From NCBI GenBank assembly GCA_038206765.1, contig JBBRAM010000007.1, positions 73,895 through 137,894 on the forward strand: DNA of 64,000 nt, written 5' to 3'. Shown here one piece after another: positions 17,328 to 26,861 of this stretch. The notes under the pieces are model-generated. The model searched no databases. It saw nothing but the letters and a program-made list of their open reading frames with translations, and had not been told where the DNA came from. Positions within the stretch are counted from its first letter, which is position 1. Every line of letters begins with the position of its first letter. This stretch comes from Burkholderiales bacterium (GTDB lineage: Bacteria; Pseudomonadota; Gammaproteobacteria; Burkholderiales; Usitatibacteraceae). Position numbers and translations under genes: made by a program.

Positions 17328-18400
17328 GGCAGCTTAAGCTCCGACTCAGTTTTAAACGGCCACTTGCGGTTGATTTCATTCACTAAATGGTCAACTTTAC
17401 GCAGGCTTGATTCTACCTCGGCACGCAGCGCGCCCAAGTCCACCGTGCCTGCGCGCACGTTCGCGCCAATCGCTTGCGCCTCAACAAGCACTGCATCAAT
17501 CTTCTTCAAACTCGCGCGGGTATCGGCGAGCAAGGCGTTGAGCTGCACAACGGTCGCCTGTGTGTCTTTCATCAGCCCGGTGGGCCCAAATACCTGGGAA
17601 TCCGCTTTGCCGGCCAAGCCGTCTAATTTAGCCAATAACGAATTCGTACGGTCCAACGTGGTGGTGATTTTTTCAGCATTTTTTTCGTCACCGAAAATCG
17701 CTCCTAGGGCACCTTGTTTACCGTTCATTTTATCGGTGAGGGTTTTCACATTTGCCAAGCTGGCATCGAGTGACGAGTCAGTTGCGGTTAAGGCTTTCAA
17801 ATTTTGAATCAGGTCCTTGGCAGCGGCCACCAGCTTGGGGATCTCAGCGCTCGCGTCGCCAACCAACAAACTGCGGGTTGCGCCATCTTCTAATGGCGGG
17901 TCCGTCAAAATGCCGGTGTAGGCGCGCATTTTGGTGTTGCCCACCAGGCCGCGTTCAAGGGTAAAAATGCTGGAACGCCGCAGCCAGTGCGCGTCTTGGC
18001 GTGGCACATCCAAAATAATACGGGCGGTTCCATCAACGCTCAACTCAATGCGGCGTACGCGCCCAATCGGGAAGCCTGAGAACGTCAAATCCGTGCCGAC
18101 CGAAACGCCCTCCGAATCGTCGGCAACAAGGATCAATGTTTGGGTCGTTTCAAACACGCCGCGTGCGTACATCAAATATAAAACCGAAGCGCTCACCAAT
18201 ACCACCATGAGCACAAGCAGAATGGCGGCCTTTATTTGCAAATTCGTTTGCAAATTCGTTTGCAAATTCGGCCGGGGATTCGATTGCGGATTGTGTTTTC
18301 CATCAGCGTGCGGGTTCGTGCTTACGCTCGCATCCGGATTGGCGCGTTCAGCAGTCGTGCTGGAATCTGTTGGGGAAGCCGATGATGGGTGTTCGTTCAT
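17324..18400 (-). CDS. MlaD/MCE-domain protein
   Basis: Single TM (AAILLVLMVVLVSASVLYL), then an MCE fold (LTFSGFPIGRVRRIEL...ARIILDV) and a long C-terminal coiled-coil-like region. Confidence 0.8.
   Translation of the reverse strand: MNEHPSSASPTDSSTTAERANPDASVSTNPHADGKHNPQSNPRPNLQTNLQTNLQIKAAILLVLMVVLVSASVLYLMYARGVFETTQTLILVADDSEGVSVGTDLTFSGFPIGRVRRIELSVDGTARIILDVPRQDAHWLRRSSIFTLERGLVGNTKMRAYTGILTDPPLEDGATRSLLVGDASAEIPKLVAAAKDLIQNLKALTATDSSLDASLANVKTLTDKMNGKQGALGAIFGDEKNAEKITTTLDRTNSLLAKLDGLAGKADSQVFGPTGLMKDTQATVVQLNALLADTRASLKKIDAVLVEAQAIGANVRAGTVDLGALRAEVESSLRKVDHLVNEINRKWPFKTESELKLP
18235..18270. repeat. perfect in-frame 12-bp tandem repeat x3 (tttgcaaattcg) inside the MCE gene
   Basis: Read directly from the sequence. 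It encodes NLQTNLQTNLQ in the cytoplasmic N-terminal tail. Confidence 0.9.
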
Positions 18401-18505
18401 AAGATTTTACGATTCGTTTCATTCGTTATACGTGACCTAGACATTGTGCATTCGCCGCATTTTTGTCATCGATTGCGCAAGTGTTAGCGTTAGCGTTAGC
18501 AACGC

Positions 18506-19393
18506 CTAATAATAATTCACCATCAGTGAAAATATCTCAATGATCAAAATGACGGAAAACAATCTCACCATACTCGCCAATTCTCGCGCGGCTTTTGCGC
18601 GGCCATGCAAAGGCATTACGAATTGCGCTGCGGACGGCGCCAAGCCAGATTGAGCTGACTCATAGAGCGCTGAGGCCATCGGAATAAGTGACACCGCCAA
18701 ACTGAATCCGAGCGTTTTAAAAATAAGGATAATCGACACTACAGGGCTAAACACCTGCCCAACAACACGGGTATAGCCAGTAAAGCCCCAAGGCGAAAAC
18801 CCATAGATTGTCAGGTAGGCCAGCACGAGTGAGGTAACACAGCTGACCGCAACGAGCAGCAGTACTGAAAATATGCCTGCCATGACGCGTGGCAAGGCTT
18901 CACGCTGAACTGGGTCAATACCCGAACGCTCCAACTGGCCTAATTCGCCGCGGGCCCGCATATCAGCCAATTCCAACCCATCCGGCAGCGTGCAGCGTAA
19001 CGCTACAAACACAGCCGCCGTGAGTGGAATCAGCTCTAATACCAGCACCCGCACCACCATTTCAAGCGCAAATTTTGACAGCCCATAGCTAAACGCGGTA
19101 ACCACCACGATGCGGATGAGTATCAAGCTGACCAGCGCGCAAAGAACGGTAAACCAAAGGACATTCATCCCGGTACCGTTGGCGATTTGCGTAACAAGCG
19201 GCAAGCGATTGGCGCGGCTATAACTAGACGGCATGAGCGCTAGCGATAAAATCAACGCCGCAAATTGTAACGTGCGCCAAGCGCGTGCGAGCCACCGCAG
19301 TGCAAGCAAATTAAGTTCGCGAAGTGATGAAAGCAAAGCGTCCAGATGGTGCCCTATGAACATTGTTAACACTGGGAACATTTTGAGAAACAA
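18506..19393 (-). CDS. MlaE-family ABC transporter permease
   Basis: Multi-TM 295-aa protein with the MlaE-like segment REALPRVMAGIFSVLLLVAV. It lies directly upstream of the MCE gene. No ATPase gene is adjacent. Confidence 0.75.
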   Translation of the reverse strand: MFLKMFPVLTMFIGHHLDALLSSLRELNLLALRWLARAWRTLQFAALILSLALMPSSYSRANRLPLVTQIANGTGMNVLWFTVLCALVSLILIRIVVVTAFSYGLSKFALEMVVRVLVLELIPLTAAVFVALRCTLPDGLELADMRARGELGQLERSGIDPVQREALPRVMAGIFSVLLLVAVSCVTSLVLAYLTIYGFSPWGFTGYTRVVGQVFSPVVSIILIFKTLGFSLAVSLIPMASALYESAQSGLAPSAAQFVMPLHGRAKAARELASMVRLFSVILIIEIFSLMVNYY

Positions 19394-19537
19394 AGGTGTT
19401 GATGCATCATACTATTAAGTGTGTTTTTACTCGGAATCGATGACAACCGATTAACAGCACCAGACGTTCTTGTCTGTGGAACGCAATTTAGCGTTGTTAT
19501 TTCAAGCCATTTTGAAACGATTTCCAGGAGAATCAGC

Positions 19538-19867
19538 ATGAATCAAAGGAACATTGCGGCCGTGGTATTGGCATTGAGCATCGGTACATCGAGCATCCTG
19601 GCGACGACAGCGGCGAATGCGTCGGAAGAATTGTTTAAAAAATCGGGCTGTACCGCCTGCCACGCCATGGACAAAAAGCTCGTTGGTCCCGCACTAAAAG
19701 ACGTTGCAGCCAAATATAAAGGCAAAAAAGGTGCGGATGCGATGCTCGCCACAAAAATCAAAAACGGCGGCAAAGATGTTTGGGGCGTGATTCCAATGCC
19801 GCCAAACACAGGCGTCAGCGATGAAAATACGCTGATTCTCGCAAAATGGGTACTCAGCCAGCAGTAG
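19538..19867 (+). CDS. class I c-type cytochrome (c551/c552 family)
   Basis: Signal peptide, heme motif CTACH, and a distal Met in [13 protein letters not shown] lies 8 nt upstream of the ATG at 19538. Confidence 0.85.
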   Translation: MNQRNIAAVVLALSIGTSSILATTAANASEELFKKSGCTACHAMDKKLVGPALKDVAAKYKGKKGADAMLATKIKNGGKDVWGVIPMPPNTGVSDENTLILAKWVLSQQ

Positions 19868-20007
19868 CCGTCGCGTCGCTATAACAGCTGGCTGGCAACG
19901 CATCGTTACAGACGCTTACGAGCACGATAGGGAAATCGTCACCGGCACTGATAAAATCGGGGTTTCGCTGAACAATTGTTGTTCAGCCTTCATTTTCGCG
20001 CGAAACC

Positions 20008-21087
20008 ATGATTATTGTTACCGGCGGTGCAGGGTTTATTGGGTGCAATTTTATTCGCGATTGGCTCAATGCCAACGCTACGCAAAGTGATGCCGCCGAC
20101 GTAATAAATCTTGACAAGCTCACCTACGCGGGCAATCTAAAATCATTAGCCGATGTCGAGGCTAATCCGCAATACCGCTTCGTGCACGGCGACATTGGCG
20201 ATCGCGCCCTTGTCGGCAGACTGCTAGCAGAAGCCAAGCCAACAGCCATTGTCAATTTTGCTGCTGAAAGCCACGTGGATCGCTCCATCGCAGGCGCGGA
20301 TGAATTCATCCAAACCAATATGGTTGGCACCTTCAATTTGCTAGAAGAGGTACGCAGTTATTTTGCGCCGCTACCCGCAGATGAAAAGCAAGCATTTCGG
20401 TTTTTGCATGTCTCAACCGATGAGGTATACGGCTCGCTGGGCATGCAGGAGGCTGCATTTACTGAGAAACACCAGTACGAACCCAATAGCCCCTATTCCG
20501 CCTCCAAGGCGGCCTCGGATCATTTGGTACGGGCCTATCACCATACTTACGGATTGCCGACGCTAACCACCAATTGCTCCAATAATTACGGCCCGTACCA
20601 TTTCCCGGAAAAGCTGATCCCGCTGATGATTCAAAACGCCTTGCAAGGCAAGCCTTTGCCGGTCTATGGCGACGGAAAAAATGTACGCGATTGGCTCTAT
20701 GTGGCAGATCATTGCTCGGCAATTCGCGCGGTACTGGCAAATGGCCGTGTCGGCGAAACCTATAATATTGGCGGCCGCAATGAGCGCACCAATATGGAAG
20801 TTGTCAGCACTGTTTGCGCTTTGTTGGATGAGCTAAAGCCGCGGGCTGATGGCAAGTGTTACAACACACAAATCACCTTCGTTAAAGACCGCCCTGGTCA
20901 TGATCGCCGTTACGCGATTGACGCCACCAAACTCGAAACAGAACTGGGATGGCGCGCGCAAGAAACCTTTGAGACCGGAATTCGCAAAACGATTGCGTGG
21001 TATCTCAACAACCAAGACTGGGTTGCATCAGTAGCGAGCGGCGAATATACGAAATGGTTAGAAATGCACTACAGGAGCGGAGTTTGA
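20008..21087 (+). CDS. rfbB: dTDP-glucose 4,6-dehydratase
   Basis: [12 protein letters not shown], catalytic YSASKAASD, and [14 protein letters not shown]. Confidence 0.95.
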   Translation: MIIVTGGAGFIGCNFIRDWLNANATQSDAADVINLDKLTYAGNLKSLADVEANPQYRFVHGDIGDRALVGRLLAEAKPTAIVNFAAESHVDRSIAGADEFIQTNMVGTFNLLEEVRSYFAPLPADEKQAFRFLHVSTDEVYGSLGMQEAAFTEKHQYEPNSPYSASKAASDHLVRAYHHTYGLPTLTTNCSNNYGPYHFPEKLIPLMIQNALQGKPLPVYGDGKNVRDWLYVADHCSAIRAVLANGRVGETYNIGGRNERTNMEVVSTVCALLDELKPRADGKCYNTQITFVKDRPGHDRRYAIDATKLETELGWRAQETFETGIRKTIAWYLNNQDWVASVASGEYTKWLEMHYRSGV

Positions 21088-21971
21088 TGAATCGTAAGGG
21101 TATTATTCTAGCCGGCGGCTCTGGCACACGACTTTATCCCGTCACGCAAGTTGTCTCCAAACAATTGCTGCCGATTTACGACAAGCCGATGATCTATTAC
21201 CCGTTGACGACGCTGATGCTGGCGGGCATACGCGATATTCTCATCATTTCCACCCCGCAGGACACGCCGCGCTTTCAAGAATTATTAGGTGACGGCTGTA
21301 AGTGGGGGTTAAATTTATCGTACGCCGTGCAGCCTTCACCGGATGGCTTGGCACAAGCGTTTTTGATTGGTGAATCATTTATCGGCGGTGCGCCCTCTGC
21401 GTTGATTTTGGGCGACAATATTTTTTATGGTCACGATTTTTCATCGCAATTGCAACGCGCCGATGCGCGTCAAGACGGCGCCACCGTTTTTGCCTACACC
21501 GTAAATGATCCGGAGCGTTATGGGGTGGCGGAATTTGATGCATCGGGGCGCGTAATTTCACTCGAAGAAAAACCATCCAAGCCTAAATCACGTTACGCCG
21601 TCACTGGCATCTATTTTTACGATAAGCAAGTATGTGAATTAGCGGCAAGCCTAAAACCCTCCGTACGCGGCGAATTGGAAATTACCGATTTGAACTGGCT
21701 GTATTTGGAGCGCGGCCAGCTTACCTGCGAAGTGATGGGGCGCGGCATGGCGTGGCTTGATACCGGCACCCATGAATCATTGCTCGAAGCATCGCAATAT
21801 ATCGAAACCATTGAGCGCCGCCAAGGTTTAAAAATCGCCTGTCCCGAAGAAGTGGCGTATCGCCAAGGCTGGGTGAGTGCGACTGAGATTGAGGCACTTG
21901 CCAAACCGATGCTAAAAAATAATTACGGCCAGTACCTGCTTCGGATGTTGACGGAAAAGCTTCACGGTTAG
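21087..21971 (+). CDS. rfbA: glucose-1-phosphate thymidylyltransferase
   Basis: [19 protein letters not shown]-terminus. ATGA overlap with the rfbB stop. The longer ORF-track start lies inside rfbB. Confidence 0.95.
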   Translation: MNRKGIILAGGSGTRLYPVTQVVSKQLLPIYDKPMIYYPLTTLMLAGIRDILIISTPQDTPRFQELLGDGCKWGLNLSYAVQPSPDGLAQAFLIGESFIGGAPSALILGDNIFYGHDFSSQLQRADARQDGATVFAYTVNDPERYGVAEFDASGRVISLEEKPSKPKSRYAVTGIYFYDKQVCELAASLKPSVRGELEITDLNWLYLERGQLTCEVMGRGMAWLDTGTHESLLEASQYIETIERRQGLKIACPEEVAYRQGWVSATEIEALAKPMLKNNYGQYLLRMLTEKLHG

Positions 21972-22035
21972 TGGTTAACAGTTGACAGATAGTTTCCCGA
22001 AGAAGACGATAAACAAAAATAGCGAACAACAGCAG

Positions 22036-22587
22036 ATGAATATTATTGACACGGCAATTGCCGATTTAAAAATTATTGAGCCGAAAGTTTTTGGCGACGC
22101 ACGCGGATTTTTTTACGAGAGCTTTAATGAGCGCACGTTTGCCGATGCTGTTGGTGTAGAACCGACATTCGTGCAAGACAATCACTCTCGCTCTGTGCGC
22201 GGTGTATTGCGCGGCTTGCATTATCAAATCGCCTCCGCACAGGGAAAATTAGTGCGGGCGGTGGTTGGCGAAGTCTTTGATGTGGCAGTTGATATGCGCA
22301 AATCGTCGCCCACTTTTGGGCAACATGTCGAGGTGCGATTGTCGGCAGAAAATAAACGCATGTTGTGGGTGCCGGTCGGCTTTGCCCACGGGTTTTTAAC
22401 GGTTTCCGATGTCGCCGAGGTGCTTTACAAAACAACTGATTACTATGCACCAACGCATGAGCGCAGTTTGCTTTGGAATGATCCTGCGCTCGGCATTGAT
22501 TGGCCGTTGGCGCAAAGTGGCGCTCCACAACTCAAAGCCGCCGACATGAATGGTAAAACCTTAGCCGAAGCGGAATTGCTTGCATGA
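22036..22587 (+). CDS. rfbC: dTDP-4-dehydrorhamnose 3,5-epimerase
   Basis: FGDARGFFYESF, RGLHYQ and GFAHGF motifs. Start set at ATG 22036. Confidence 0.9.
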   Translation: MNIIDTAIADLKIIEPKVFGDARGFFYESFNERTFADAVGVEPTFVQDNHSRSVRGVLRGLHYQIASAQGKLVRAVVGEVFDVAVDMRKSSPTFGQHVEVRLSAENKRMLWVPVGFAHGFLTVSDVAEVLYKTTDYYAPTHERSLLWNDPALGIDWPLAQSGAPQLKAADMNGKTLAEAELLA

Positions 22588-24707
22588 GCAAAATTCGCGT
22601 CCTGATTACCGGCAAAAACGGCCAGCTTGGTTATGAATTGGCACGCGGATTTGACGAATTATTGGGTGATGGTGGCGAGATTTTTGCGCTAGATCGCGCC
22701 GCCATGGACTTCACCCATCCCGAACAAATTCGGGGAAAAGTGCGGGATATCAAACCCCATCTCATCATCAATGCCGCGGCCTATACCGCTGTCGATCAAG
22801 CCGAGCGCGAGCCGCATCTTGCCATGCAGGTCAACGGTGTCGCACCCGGCATCTTAGCTGAGGAAGCAAATTTTCTTGGCGTGCCATTGATTCATTTTTC
22901 GACCGACTATGTGTTTGCCGGCAATGCCATAAAACCCTATCGGGAAGACGATGCGGTTGCGCCACAAAATATTTATGGTCACTCCAAATTAATTGGCGAA
23001 CAAGCGATTCAAGCGATCGCCAAGCGCTACGCGATTATTCGCTGCAGTTGGCTGTATTCAAACCGCCGCCATAACTTTCTGCTGACGATGCTAAGGCTCG
23101 CCCGCGAGCGCGATAGCCTCAGCGTGGTCAACGATCAAGTCGGCTCACCAACTTGGGTGCGGGCAGTTTCGGACACTACCCAGAAAATGATTGCGCACAC
23201 GGCAAATCATATTGATCTCAAATTACCCAACGGCATTTACCACGTTGCCGCCAGCGGCGTGACTTCCTGGCACGGTTTCGCGACGGCTATTATTGACGGC
23301 ACAACCGATCCAGAGCGACGCAGCAATACCGTTAAAGCAATTACCAGCGAAGAATTCAAAGCGTCCGCCAAACGCCCAGCGTATTCGGTATTGGCGCACG
23401 AGAAAATTGAAGCGGCTCTAAACATCAGAATGAGCGACTGGCAAATTCAGCTGACGGCTTGTATTCACGAGCGAAATTCCGTTCCGCCGCAAGGTCAGCT
23501 TCAACGGGAGGCATCGCCATCCCAAGAGGCCGACGCATCTACCCTTTCATCAATCAAGCCAATACAGCCAATACAGCTTTTCGTCCCTACTTTTCGCATC
23601 GACGAATGCTTAAGCGAAATCCGCGAATGTTTGGAAAAAGGCTGGACTGGTTTAGGCTATAAAACAGTCGCTTTTGAAGCTGCTTGGAAAGAATACACCG
23701 GCTTACCCCATGCGCATTTTTTGAACTCCGCCACCGTCGGTTTGCATTTGGCTGTTGAAGTCTTAAAGAAGCAACATGGCTGGGCGGATGACGATGAAAT
23801 CATCACGACGCCGCTCACGTTTGTGTCCGATAGCCATGCGATTTTGTACGCGAAGATGAAGCCCGTGTTTGCTGATGTGGACGATTCACTTTGTTTATCA
23901 GCAGTTGACGTCGCAAAAAAAATCACGTCGCGCACACGGGGCGTGATGTTTGTCGGCTTGGGCGGCAATGCTGGCGATTACGCAGCAGTGCTAAAGCTTT
24001 GCCGAGAGCGGGGCTTAGCCATGATTTTGGATGCTGCACATATGGCCGGCACCAGAGTGGACGCTGCGGGTACAAAACGGCATGTTGGCCATGATGCGGA
24101 TGTCACCGTATTCAGTTTTCAAGCGGTCAAAAACTTGCCCACAGCCGATTCTGGGATGATTTGTTTTAAAGATGCCGCCGACGATGCGTTGGGCCGCAAA
24201 CTCACTTGGCTGGGCATTAACAAAGATACCTATTCGCGCACCGCTTCACAGGGCAATTATTTGTGGATGTACGATGTCGAACATGTGGGCTACAAATATC
24301 ATGGCAATTCAATCATGGCGGCGATTGGCTTGGTTCAGCTTAAATATTTGGACGCCGACAACACGATCCGCCGCACATTCGCAGCGCGTTACCGGGCAGG
24401 ATTCGCCAGCGCAACTAACGTCCGTACTATTCCTATTGAGGCGGGCTGCGAATCAGCGACGCACCTATTCCAAATCCGCGTAAAGAACCGTAATGATGTC
24501 ATGGCAAAATTAAATGGCGTGAAAATTTTTCCCGGCGTGCATTACCGCGATAACACTGAATATAAAATGTTTGCTTACGGCCACGGCACTTGTCCAAATG
24601 CTAATCTGGCCTCCAATCAAATCATTTCCCTGCCGTTACATCTGCGCATGACGATTGCCGATGTAGATCGCATTGTTGCGGCGGTAATCGAATTTGCAGA
24701 GCCGTAA
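22584..24707 (+). CDS. rfbD: fusion protein: dTDP-4-dehydrorhamnose reductase (RfbD) domain plus a DegT/DnrJ/EryC1-type PLP-dependent sugar aminotransferase domain
   Basis: aa 1-297 are RfbD-like (ITGKNGQLGYEL, AAAYTAVD, STDYVF, YGHSK). A linker of ~35 aa rich in Q/S/P follows. aa ~335-707 are aminotransferase-like (EAAWKEYTG..., AHMAG, FSFQAVKNL with the PLP lysine). It is one uninterrupted frame. Confidence 0.8.
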   Translation: MSKIRVLITGKNGQLGYELARGFDELLGDGGEIFALDRAAMDFTHPEQIRGKVRDIKPHLIINAAAYTAVDQAEREPHLAMQVNGVAPGILAEEANFLGVPLIHFSTDYVFAGNAIKPYREDDAVAPQNIYGHSKLIGEQAIQAIAKRYAIIRCSWLYSNRRHNFLLTMLRLARERDSLSVVNDQVGSPTWVRAVSDTTQKMIAHTANHIDLKLPNGIYHVAASGVTSWHGFATAIIDGTTDPERRSNTVKAITSEEFKASAKRPAYSVLAHEKIEAALNIRMSDWQIQLTACIHERNSVPPQGQLQREASPSQEADASTLSSIKPIQPIQLFVPTFRIDECLSEIRECLEKGWTGLGYKTVAFEAAWKEYTGLPHAHFLNSATVGLHLAVEVLKKQHGWADDDEIITTPLTFVSDSHAILYAKMKPVFADVDDSLCLSAVDVAKKITSRTRGVMFVGLGGNAGDYAAVLKLCRERGLAMILDAAHMAGTRVDAAGTKRHVGHDADVTVFSFQAVKNLPTADSGMICFKDAADDALGRKLTWLGINKDTYSRTASQGNYLWMYDVEHVGYKYHGNSIMAAIGLVQLKYLDADNTIRRTFAARYRAGFASATNVRTIPIEAGCESATHLFQIRVKNRNDVMAKLNGVKIFPGVHYRDNTEYKMFAYGHGTCPNANLASNQIISLPLHLRMTIADVDRIVAAVIEFAEP

Positions 24708-25277
24708 TTGTTGCTTGCTCTGCTCCCGTCAAAAGAAACATTGCCCGCAATTGCGGGCGACGGGATCAGCCTGCGCCTCCTAACAGCCGACGATTTGTCA
24801 CTGACTCTTTCGTGGCGTAACCGCGATGAAATACGGCGCTGGTTCAAGCACAACGATATGCTAACCATGGACGAACATCAGAAATGGTTTGACAAACACA
24901 TGTTTGACAACAAGGCGTACATGTTTATCGTTGAGCGCAGCGAGGCCAGTGTGCCGGTAGGTCAGGTCTCGATTTACAACATTGATTGTGAAGCAAGTGA
25001 AGCTGAGGTAGGGCGTTTTATTGCCGCACCCGGCGAATCCGGCAAAGGGATAATTCGCAACGCGATTTTGAAGTTGGTTGATTTTGGCTTTCGAGAGCTT
25101 GAATTGAAGCGCGTGTTTCTCGAAGTCTACAGAGATAATTTGCGGGCAATTCGGCTTTATGAATCGGTTGGGTTTAATGAAATTGCTCCGGACCGGCCCA
25201 CCACATGTGGCAATGTGCGTCCTGTTATGTTTATGGAGAGATTGGCATCAGCAAGCTGGAAGGTTACGACACCATGA
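24708..25277 (+). CDS. GNAT-family N-acetyltransferase (sugar N-acetyltransferase, PseH/WecD-like)
   Basis: GNAT core IGRFIAAPGESGKGIIRNA...LKRVFLEVYRDNLRAIRLYESVGF. TTG start immediately after the upstream stop. The stop overlaps the wzm ATG. Confidence 0.75.
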   Translation: MLLALLPSKETLPAIAGDGISLRLLTADDLSLTLSWRNRDEIRRWFKHNDMLTMDEHQKWFDKHMFDNKAYMFIVERSEASVPVGQVSIYNIDCEASEAEVGRFIAAPGESGKGIIRNAILKLVDFGFRELELKRVFLEVYRDNLRAIRLYESVGFNEIAPDRPTTCGNVRPVMFMERLASASWKVTTP

Positions 25278-26071
25278 GTGCTACGACAGAATTGCTGAAC
25301 AATAATCTCAAGGCGCTCAAAAACTGGCGCGTTTGGTTCCATTTGGGCATGGCAGATATTCGCAATAAATTCGCGCGTTCGCTTGTCGGCCCTCTATGGA
25401 TTTTGTTGAATTTAACGCTTTGGGTGGGCGGCATCGGTACCGTTTACGCGGCACTATTTCATCAGGAAGTGCAGTCCTATTTGCCGTTTCTGACTATCGG
25501 CTTCGTCGTGTGGGGTTTTCTGGCGCAGACCATTACTGACGGCGGCAATGCCTTCGTGTTTGCCGAAGGCTACATCAAGCAGTTCACGTATCCCAAACAA
25601 ATTTATGTGCTGCGCGTTATGGTGAATGCCACCGTGCCGCTGGCAATTGGTACCACGATATTTTTTGTGGTTATGCTGATTTTTAATAATCCCATTGGCT
25701 TGGGCGCATTGTGGTCCCTGCCGGGTTTGGTACTGCTCCTAATTGCAGCGTATTTTCATGCCAGCATCATGGCCTATGCCTCGGTGCGTTTTCGTGATTT
25801 ACCACATGGAATGACATCGCTGCTGCAAGTGCTAATGTTCGTCACGCCGATATTCTTCCCGGTGAAAACATTAAAAGAGCGCGGACTTGATTTTATCTAT
25901 CAGCTCAATCCATTGTATTACCTGATCGAGGTGGTGCGGCATCCGCTGGTATTTTCTGAGCCTGCCTCAATGGAAATTTATGAAATTACTGCCGGTTATT
26001 TAGTATTGCTGTTTGTAGTGTTGATTGCAGTGGCCAAGCGCTTTGATAAACGCGTAGTTTATATGTTGTGA
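25274..26071 (+). CDS. wzm: ABC-2 type polysaccharide/O-antigen export permease
   Basis: Six-TM ABC-2 pattern. Paired with a downstream ATPase. ATGA coupling to the GNAT gene. Confidence 0.85.
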   Translation: MSATTELLNNNLKALKNWRVWFHLGMADIRNKFARSLVGPLWILLNLTLWVGGIGTVYAALFHQEVQSYLPFLTIGFVVWGFLAQTITDGGNAFVFAEGYIKQFTYPKQIYVLRVMVNATVPLAIGTTIFFVVMLIFNNPIGLGALWSLPGLVLLLIAAYFHASIMAYASVRFRDLPHGMTSLLQVLMFVTPIFFPVKTLKERGLDFIYQLNPLYYLIEVVRHPLVFSEPASMEIYEITAGYLVLLFVVLIAVAKRFDKRVVYML

Positions 26072-26081
26072 ACACGTCGAT

Positions 26082-26849
26082 ATGAACTCATCCCCTCTCT
26101 CTATCACCGTCACCGATGCCGTTGTTCGCTTTCAAGTCGGCAATGCAGACGGGCAGACGCTGAAAGGCTTCTTAGCCTCGCTTAAAAATGGCCCCGGCGG
26201 GCGAAATGTGGCGCCCTTTGTCGATGCGCTCAAAGGTGTAAGCGTAAAAATCGTGGCGGGCGAACGTGTCGGGCTGATTGGCCACAACGGCGCGGGTAAA
26301 TCCACGCTGTTGAAAGTCATGGCGGGCATCTACCCGCCTGTAGCAGGCACTGCCGTAACGCACGGCCACGTCTGCCCGTTATTTGAATTCGCGACCGGCT
26401 TTGAATATCACCGCTCCGGTTGGGAAAATATTCGTATACGCGGCATGTTGCTCGGCATGAGCCCGGATGAAATCGAAGCCAAGCTGCCGGAGATCGCCGC
26501 GTTTTCTGAACTGGGAAATTTTCTGGATTATCCGGTGCGAACCTATTCGACCGGCATGTTTGTGCGCTTGGCGTTTGCCGTTTCCACGGCCGTGAATCCC
26601 GAAATTCTATTGCTCGATGAAGTCATGGGCGCGGGCGATTTATCGTTCACCGAAAAAGCGAATAAGCGCATGCGTGAATTTATGGATCAGGGAAAGATTT
26701 TAGTTTTTTCGTCACACTCGATGGAGCTGCTAACCGAATATTGCAACCGCACGATTTGGATGGATCACGGCGTAATTCGCGAGGACGGGCCAACGGCGGA
26801 TGTGGTGCAGCATTATAAAAATTCGGTCCTGAGCCCCGCGCGAGTCTAG
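26082..26849 (+). CDS. wzt: O-antigen/polysaccharide ABC transporter ATP-binding protein (short form, no C-terminal carbohydrate-binding domain)
   Basis: Walker A GHNGAGKST, signature YSTGM, Walker B LLLDE. At 255 aa it is the nucleotide-binding domain only. Confidence 0.9.
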   Translation: MNSSPLSITVTDAVVRFQVGNADGQTLKGFLASLKNGPGGRNVAPFVDALKGVSVKIVAGERVGLIGHNGAGKSTLLKVMAGIYPPVAGTAVTHGHVCPLFEFATGFEYHRSGWENIRIRGMLLGMSPDEIEAKLPEIAAFSELGNFLDYPVRTYSTGMFVRLAFAVSTAVNPEILLLDEVMGAGDLSFTEKANKRMREFMDQGKILVFSSHSMELLTEYCNRTIWMDHGVIREDGPTADVVQHYKNSVLSPARV

Positions 26850-26861
26850 ACGGGCGAATCC

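Noticed and set aside
18483-18500. gttagc x3 microrepeat in the MlaE-MlaD intergenic gap as a regulatory element.
   Set aside because: It is too short and simple to support any call. It is mentioned only alongside the 12-bp repeat finding.
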